11,349 nt of DNA, taken from assembly GCA_038042445.1 (NCBI GenBank), contig JBBTED010000056.1:1-11349 (forward strand), given 5' to 3'. The position numbers and the translations under genes were made by a program. This DNA comes from Candidatus Firestoneibacteriota bacterium. Lineage in GTDB: Bacteria > Oederibacteriota > D2-FULL-39-29 > JBBTED01. Shown here one piece after another: positions 7,464 to 11,349 of the stretch (its first letter is position 1; each line of letters opens with the position of its first letter). A model generated the notes under the pieces. It had not been told where the DNA came from. It was given only the letters and a program-made list of their open reading frames with translations, and did no database searches.

Positions 7464-8264
7464 TTATAAAGCATCGGATGCATAGGATACAGCATTTCTG
7501 AATATAGCAAAGCCATCGCCTTCTTCAGGTAAATTTCCTCTCGTCCAGTGAGGATGATTATACTTCGTCAAAAAACGCTCTGGATGTGGCATCATACCTA
7601 ACACATTACCTCGTGCATTGCAAATTCCTGCTATAGCGAGATTAGAACCATTTGGATTCCAAGGGTAGCTTCCTTCTTTACCATTGGGCATAACATATTT
7701 GAATACTATTTGGTCATTATTTTTGATTTTTTCTAATATTTTATTATTTTTCGTTATAAATTTTCCTTCACCATGAGCAATTGGCAAATAAATCATACCT
7801 ACTTTAGTTTTATAATGGACAAACGGACATTTTGATTTATTTGTATTTTTCAAATAAATCCATCTGGCTTCAAATTTACCTGAATCATTAAATGACAGAG
7901 TTGAATATTGAGTTTTATCTATTTTATCATCAAATCCCGGTAGTAATCGCATATTTACAAGAACCTGAAAACCATTACATATACCTATAACAAGTTTGCC
8001 TGCGCCAACAAATTTCTCCAAACTATCAAGCAAACGATATCTCACTTCATTAGCTAAAATTTTACCTGATGCAATATCATCACCATAAGAAAAACCACCA
8101 GGTATAGCTAAAATTTTATAATCCACAAGTTTCTTTTGCCTTGAAATTAACTGGTTAATATGAACAAGTTCAACATCTGCATTAGCTAATTGAAAAGCAT
8201 ATTCAGTTTCATAATCACAATTAGTTCCTGCTGTTCGCAATACTATTACTTTTACTTTTTTCAT
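7464..8264 (-). CDS. purQ: Phosphoribosylformylglycinamidine synthase glutaminase subunit
   Basis: GTNCD, PGGFSYGD, GICNGFQ (catalytic Cys), AHGEG and GMMPHPER (His/Glu of the triad). Adjacent to purL. Confidence 0.97.
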   Translation of the reverse strand: MKKVKVIVLRTAGTNCDYETEYAFQLANADVELVHINQLISRQKKLVDYKILAIPGGFSYGDDIASGKILANEVRYRLLDSLEKFVGAGKLVIGICNGFQVLVNMRLLPGFDDKIDKTQYSTLSFNDSGKFEARWIYLKNTNKSKCPFVHYKTKVGMIYLPIAHGEGKFITKNNKILEKIKNNDQIVFKYVMPNGKEGSYPWNPNGSNLAIAGICNARGNVLGMMPHPERFLTKYNHPHWTRGNLPEEGDGFAIFRNAVSYASDAL

Positions 8265-8272
8265 AATTTATT

Positions 8273-8295
8273 GACAGGCGAGACGCCTGTCCTAC
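8273..8295 (-). repeat. GTAG-tagged REP-like palindrome
   Basis: Minus strand reads GTAG-GACAGGCG-TCT-CGCCTGTC, a perfect 8-bp stem ending 8 nt before the purQ ATG. Confidence 0.8.
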
Positions 8296-8323
8296 CACTA
8301 CACAAACTGTGTCATAATCATTT

Positions 8324-8403
8324 TTTTGTCATCCTGAACTCGTTTCAGGATCTCATAACACATTGATTTTATTAGATGCTGAAATAAATTCAGCATGACA
8401 AAA
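8324..8403. repeat. Inverted doublet of TGTCA-tagged CTGAA/TTCAG palindromes (CGTC-class REP/RPE-like)
   Basis: tgtcatcctgaactcgtttcaggatct (8327-8353) and, inverted, agatgctgaaataaattcagcatgaca (8374-8400), with a 20-nt spacer. 8374-8403 is the exact 30-nt reverse complement of 11140-11169. Confidence 0.9.
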
Positions 8404-8416
8404 CAAACCTCTCGAA

Positions 8417-10780
8417 TTACCATCGCAATGGTTTTTGCCAGGATTCCTTTAAGGCATAAATATCCGCTGATATTACTTTTTTATTATTTATGCCAAAAAC
8501 TTCGAGTTTTTTATCTCTTGTTACTTTACCTATTATTGCCAAAGAAATATTCTTCATTGTCCGTTCAAAATCTTTTTGATGAGTAGGGCTTACTTCTACT
8601 ATAAATCGCGAATTTGCTTCAGAAAATAAAATAGTATCATTTCTGGAAACATTATTAACTGGAACTTTTTTTAGATAAATTTTCATCCCAAGCCCGCCTG
8701 CAAATGCCATTTCTGACAATGCTACAGCAAGCCCGCCTTCTGAACAATCATGACAGGCACGCACAAAACCACCTGTAATTGCCTCATGCAAATTTGACAT
8801 TATTTTCTTGCCCATTTCAGGTCGGACAACAGGAACATTATTTCCTATAAAACCTTTAGATTCGTAATATCTCGAACCACCAAGCTCATTATAAGTAGTG
8901 CCAACAATATATATTAAATTTCCTGCTGATTTAACATCCATAGAAACAGCTTTTCGCACATCTTTCATAACGCAAATAGCGGAAATTAATAATGTTGGTG
9001 GAATTGAAACTCTTTTATTTAACTCTGTATTGAAATATTCATTATTCAAACTATCTTTACCAGATATAAACGGTGTTTGATAAACTTTAGCAATATCATA
9101 ACAAGCAAAAGAAGCTCTTACTAAATCTCCCATCTGCTCTGGTTTTGTAGGATCTCCCCAGCAAAAATTATCAAGAATAGCAGTATTATTTATATTTCCG
9201 CCAACAGCAGTGATATTTCTAAGTGCTTCATCAATTGCACTTGCAGACATATGATAAGCATCTATTTTGCCATATTGCGGATTAACACCATTTGCCACTA
9301 TTACACCTGTCCATTTAGAAAGAATTGGCCTTACTATACAAGCATCTCCAGGGCCATCATTCTGAACACCCTGCAAAGGCTTGAGAATACTTCCTCCCTG
9401 CACTTCATGGTCATACTGCCTTATAATCCACTCTTTACTTGCAATATTATAATTACTTAAAACTTTATGAAGTGATGCTGTTAAATTTTCAGAATCTTCA
9501 AATATTGGTTCGACAAAATCAGGAGTTTTTAATGTTGCATTAATTCTAACACGGGGAACTCCATCATGCAAAAATTTCATATCTATATCAACAAGCATCT
9601 TGCCTTTATATTGGACTTTTAATTTTTTATCAGATGTAAATTTACCTATACAGGTAAGCTCAACATTTTCTTCTTTACATATTTCCTCAAAACGTTTTAA
9701 TTTGTTTTTTGGAACAGAAAATACCATTCTCTCCTGAGCTTCAGAAACCCATATTTCCCATGGCAATAAACCTTTATATTTTAGTGTAACTTTTTCCAGA
9801 GAAACATTGGCTCCACATTCCAAACCCATTTCTCCTACTGCAGAAGAAAACCCGCCAGCTCCGCAATCTGTAACAGCATTATATAAATTTTCATCTCTTG
9901 CTTTAAGCAATACATCAGTAACCTTTTTTTCTACAATAGGATTTCCTATCTGAACCACACTGGCAGAAATATTTTTCACAAGCTCTGCAGAAGAAAAAGT
10001 AGCGCCATGAATTCCATCTCTGCCTGTTCTACCACCTATTGCAATTATTAAATCTCCGGGTTTAACTTTTTTAAATGATTTGTTTTTTGGAATTAACCCA
10101 ACAGTTCCACAATAAACCAAAGGATTACATAAATATCCGTCGTCAAAACAAATAGCACCATTAGCAGTTGGAATTCCCATTCTATTTCCATAATCCCGAA
10201 CACCTGACACAACACCTTTGAATATTCTTTTTGGATGCAATACACCTTCAGGGACTTTATTGTTTGAAAAATCCGGAGAAGCGAAACAGAAAATATCCGT
10301 ATTTAAAATCGGCTTTGCACCAAGACCAACACCAAGAACATCGCGTATAACACCACCTATACCTGTGCCTGCTCCACCATACGGTTCTATTGCAGAAGGA
10401 TGATTATGAGTTTCAACTTTAAATACAACATTAAACTTATCATCAAATTTAATTATACCTGCATTGTCTTTAAAAACAGAAACACACCATTTTTTATTCA
10501 GTTCTTTAGTAACTTTAATTATAGTATTTTTAAGAAGATTATCTATAATTTTTCCATCGTAATTAATGATGCCCTTTAAGGACTTATGATTACAATGCTC
10601 CGACCATGTCTGAGCTATTGTTTCAAGTTCTATATCTGTTGGATTTCTATGAAGTTTTTTATAATATCTTTGAATAACCTGCATCTCATCTAAATTCAAA
10701 GATAAAAGCCCATTTTTACTTATTTCAAGCAATTTTTCATTACTTGCATTTAATATATCAATTCTTGTAATATTTGTCAT
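8417..10780 (-). CDS. purL: Phosphoribosylformylglycinamidine synthase subunit PurL (small-form, synthetase subunit)
   Basis: QTWSEHCNHK, FKVETHNHPSAIEPYGGAGTGIGGVIRD, GGRTGRDGIHGATFSS, DCGAGG, SEAQERM, QYDHEV, SGKDSL and HDCSEGG motifs. 787 aa with no fused glutaminase domain. Confidence 0.98.
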   Translation of the reverse strand: MTNITRIDILNASNEKLLEISKNGLLSLNLDEMQVIQRYYKKLHRNPTDIELETIAQTWSEHCNHKSLKGIINYDGKIIDNLLKNTIIKVTKELNKKWCVSVFKDNAGIIKFDDKFNVVFKVETHNHPSAIEPYGGAGTGIGGVIRDVLGVGLGAKPILNTDIFCFASPDFSNNKVPEGVLHPKRIFKGVVSGVRDYGNRMGIPTANGAICFDDGYLCNPLVYCGTVGLIPKNKSFKKVKPGDLIIAIGGRTGRDGIHGATFSSAELVKNISASVVQIGNPIVEKKVTDVLLKARDENLYNAVTDCGAGGFSSAVGEMGLECGANVSLEKVTLKYKGLLPWEIWVSEAQERMVFSVPKNKLKRFEEICKEENVELTCIGKFTSDKKLKVQYKGKMLVDIDMKFLHDGVPRVRINATLKTPDFVEPIFEDSENLTASLHKVLSNYNIASKEWIIRQYDHEVQGGSILKPLQGVQNDGPGDACIVRPILSKWTGVIVANGVNPQYGKIDAYHMSASAIDEALRNITAVGGNINNTAILDNFCWGDPTKPEQMGDLVRASFACYDIAKVYQTPFISGKDSLNNEYFNTELNKRVSIPPTLLISAICVMKDVRKAVSMDVKSAGNLIYIVGTTYNELGGSRYYESKGFIGNNVPVVRPEMGKKIMSNLHEAITGGFVRACHDCSEGGLAVALSEMAFAGGLGMKIYLKKVPVNNVSRNDTILFSEANSRFIVEVSPTHQKDFERTMKNISLAIIGKVTRDKKLEVFGINNKKVISADIYALKESWQKPLRW

Positions 10781-10790
10781 ATTCTTTTTC

Positions 10791-10887
10791 TGTCATTCCC
10801 AACTTGATTGGGAATCCAGTGTCTCATACTATGCAATATTTTAGATGCATTTAAAGACACTGGATTCCCGCTTTCGCGGGAATGACA
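10791..10887. repeat. Inverted doublet of TGTCA-tagged ATTCCC/GGGAAT (dRS3/RPE-like) palindromes
   Basis: tgtcattccc-aacttgatt-gggaatccagtgtct (10791-10824) and agacactggattccc-gctttcgc-gggaatgaca (10855-10887). Outer 10-bp and inner 15-bp perfect inverted matches. The right unit fits ATTCCC-N8-GGGAAT. Confidence 0.9.
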
Positions 10888-10891
10888 CACT

Positions 10892-11113
10892 TCACTTTGA
10901 TATTTTATAATCCTGAACTACTCCATTTGCCAAAAGTTCTTTACAAATTCGTTCAATTGTTTTTCTGTCAGCTTTTCCTTGTATACTATATTTCTGACCT
11001 GCTCTTACCTCTTCAATTCCTTTAATCCCAAGATCAGATATTCCCTTTTTTACGCTATCTCCAACTGCATCTGTAACACCAGATTTATACCAAACCTCAA
11101 CAAACCATTTCAT
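10892..11113 (-). CDS. purS: Phosphoribosylformylglycinamidine synthase subunit PurS
   Basis: VEVWYKSGVTDAVG..V...ISDLG...V.AG.....ICKELLANGVVQDY resembles the PurS consensus (K.GV.DP.G ... LLANPVIE.Y). Directly upstream of purL. Start placed at ATG 11113 because GGAGAG lies 7 nt upstream; the ORF track start is 11128. Confidence 0.9.
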   Translation of the reverse strand: MKWFVEVWYKSGVTDAVGDSVKKGISDLGIKGIEEVRAGQKYSIQGKADRKTIERICKELLANGVVQDYKISK

Positions 11114-11139
11114 AATTTTTCTCTCCATTTAATTGCTCA

Positions 11140-11204
11140 TTTTGTCATGCTGAATTTATTTCAGCATCTCTTTTAGACCCTGAAACAAGTTCAGGGTGAC
11201 AAAA
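11140..11204. repeat. Inverted doublet of TGTCA-tagged CTGAA/TTCAG palindromes
   Basis: tgtcatgctgaatttatttcagcatct (11143-11169) and agaccctgaaacaagttcagggtgaca (11175-11201), with a 5-nt spacer. Same family as 8324-8403. Confidence 0.9.
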
Positions 11205-11208
11205 ACAA

Positions 11209-11349
11209 TTATTTTATTTCTAAATCAAGCACAGCTATTGGAATTACTTCTTCTTTAGGATATTTTTCAATAGTTTTATCTGAAACAATTTGAACAAGTT
11301 TTTGAATAGAACCAATCAAATCTTTTTCTGCATAGCATTTTTCTGTTTC
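11209..11349 (-). CDS. 3' end of a hypothetical protein (partial, runs off the window)
   Basis: Open frame ETEKCYAEKDLIGSIQKLVQIVSDKTIEKYPKEEVIPIAVLDLEIK* with TAA at 11209-11211, co-directional with purS. Confidence 0.6.
   Translation of the reverse strand, partial: ETEKCYAEKDLIGSIQKLVQIVSDKTIEKYPKEEVIPIAVLDLEIK

Noticed and set aside
1616..10403. Short antisense or off-frame ORFs (1616-1831, 3761-4039, 5331-5516, 6453-6698, 8395-8586, 8898-9080, 9251-9460, 10218-10403)
   Set aside because: Each lies wholly or mostly within a long motif-supported gene and has no recognisable features.
10979..11176. 65-aa + strand ORF ending HFVMLNLFQHLF
   Set aside because: It is antisense to purS, and its tail is simply the translation of the palindromic repeat.
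8273..11204. Possible CRISPR array from the 27-37 nt palindromic repeats
   Set aside because: The units are inverted pairs dispersed between genes, not direct repeats with regular unique spacers, and no cas genes are present.
11114..11208. Purine or ZTP riboswitch, or PurR box, upstream of purS
   Set aside because: The spacer is almost entirely the repeat doublet and no aptamer or operator consensus is visible.

Overview
AT-rich bacterial window, probably from a diderm, since it encodes a lipoprotein, an OmpA-domain protein and a predicted beta-barrel protein. On the + strand, a candidate ECF-sigma promoter (85-114) precedes a two-gene unit: a secreted protein built from ~22-aa proline-punctuated helical repeats and a translationally coupled zinc-finger (zf-HC2/ZAS) transmembrane anti-sigma factor. 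No sigma gene is present in the window. On the - strand is a long co-directional run: the 3' end of an unknown gene, purS, purL, purQ, a secreted carbohydrate-binding-fold protein, a YghO/bCerS-like GNAT acyltransferase, a small outer-membrane barrel-like protein, a double OmpA-domain protein and a large LPP20/TolB_N-like/TPR lipoprotein. Nine short palindromic REP-like units of three types (GTAG-tagged, TGTCA-CTGAA and TGTCA-ATTCCC/dRS3-like) are present. They occupy every junction of the pur genes, and one may lie inside a reading frame. All family assignments are motif recognition by eye; no database search was run.
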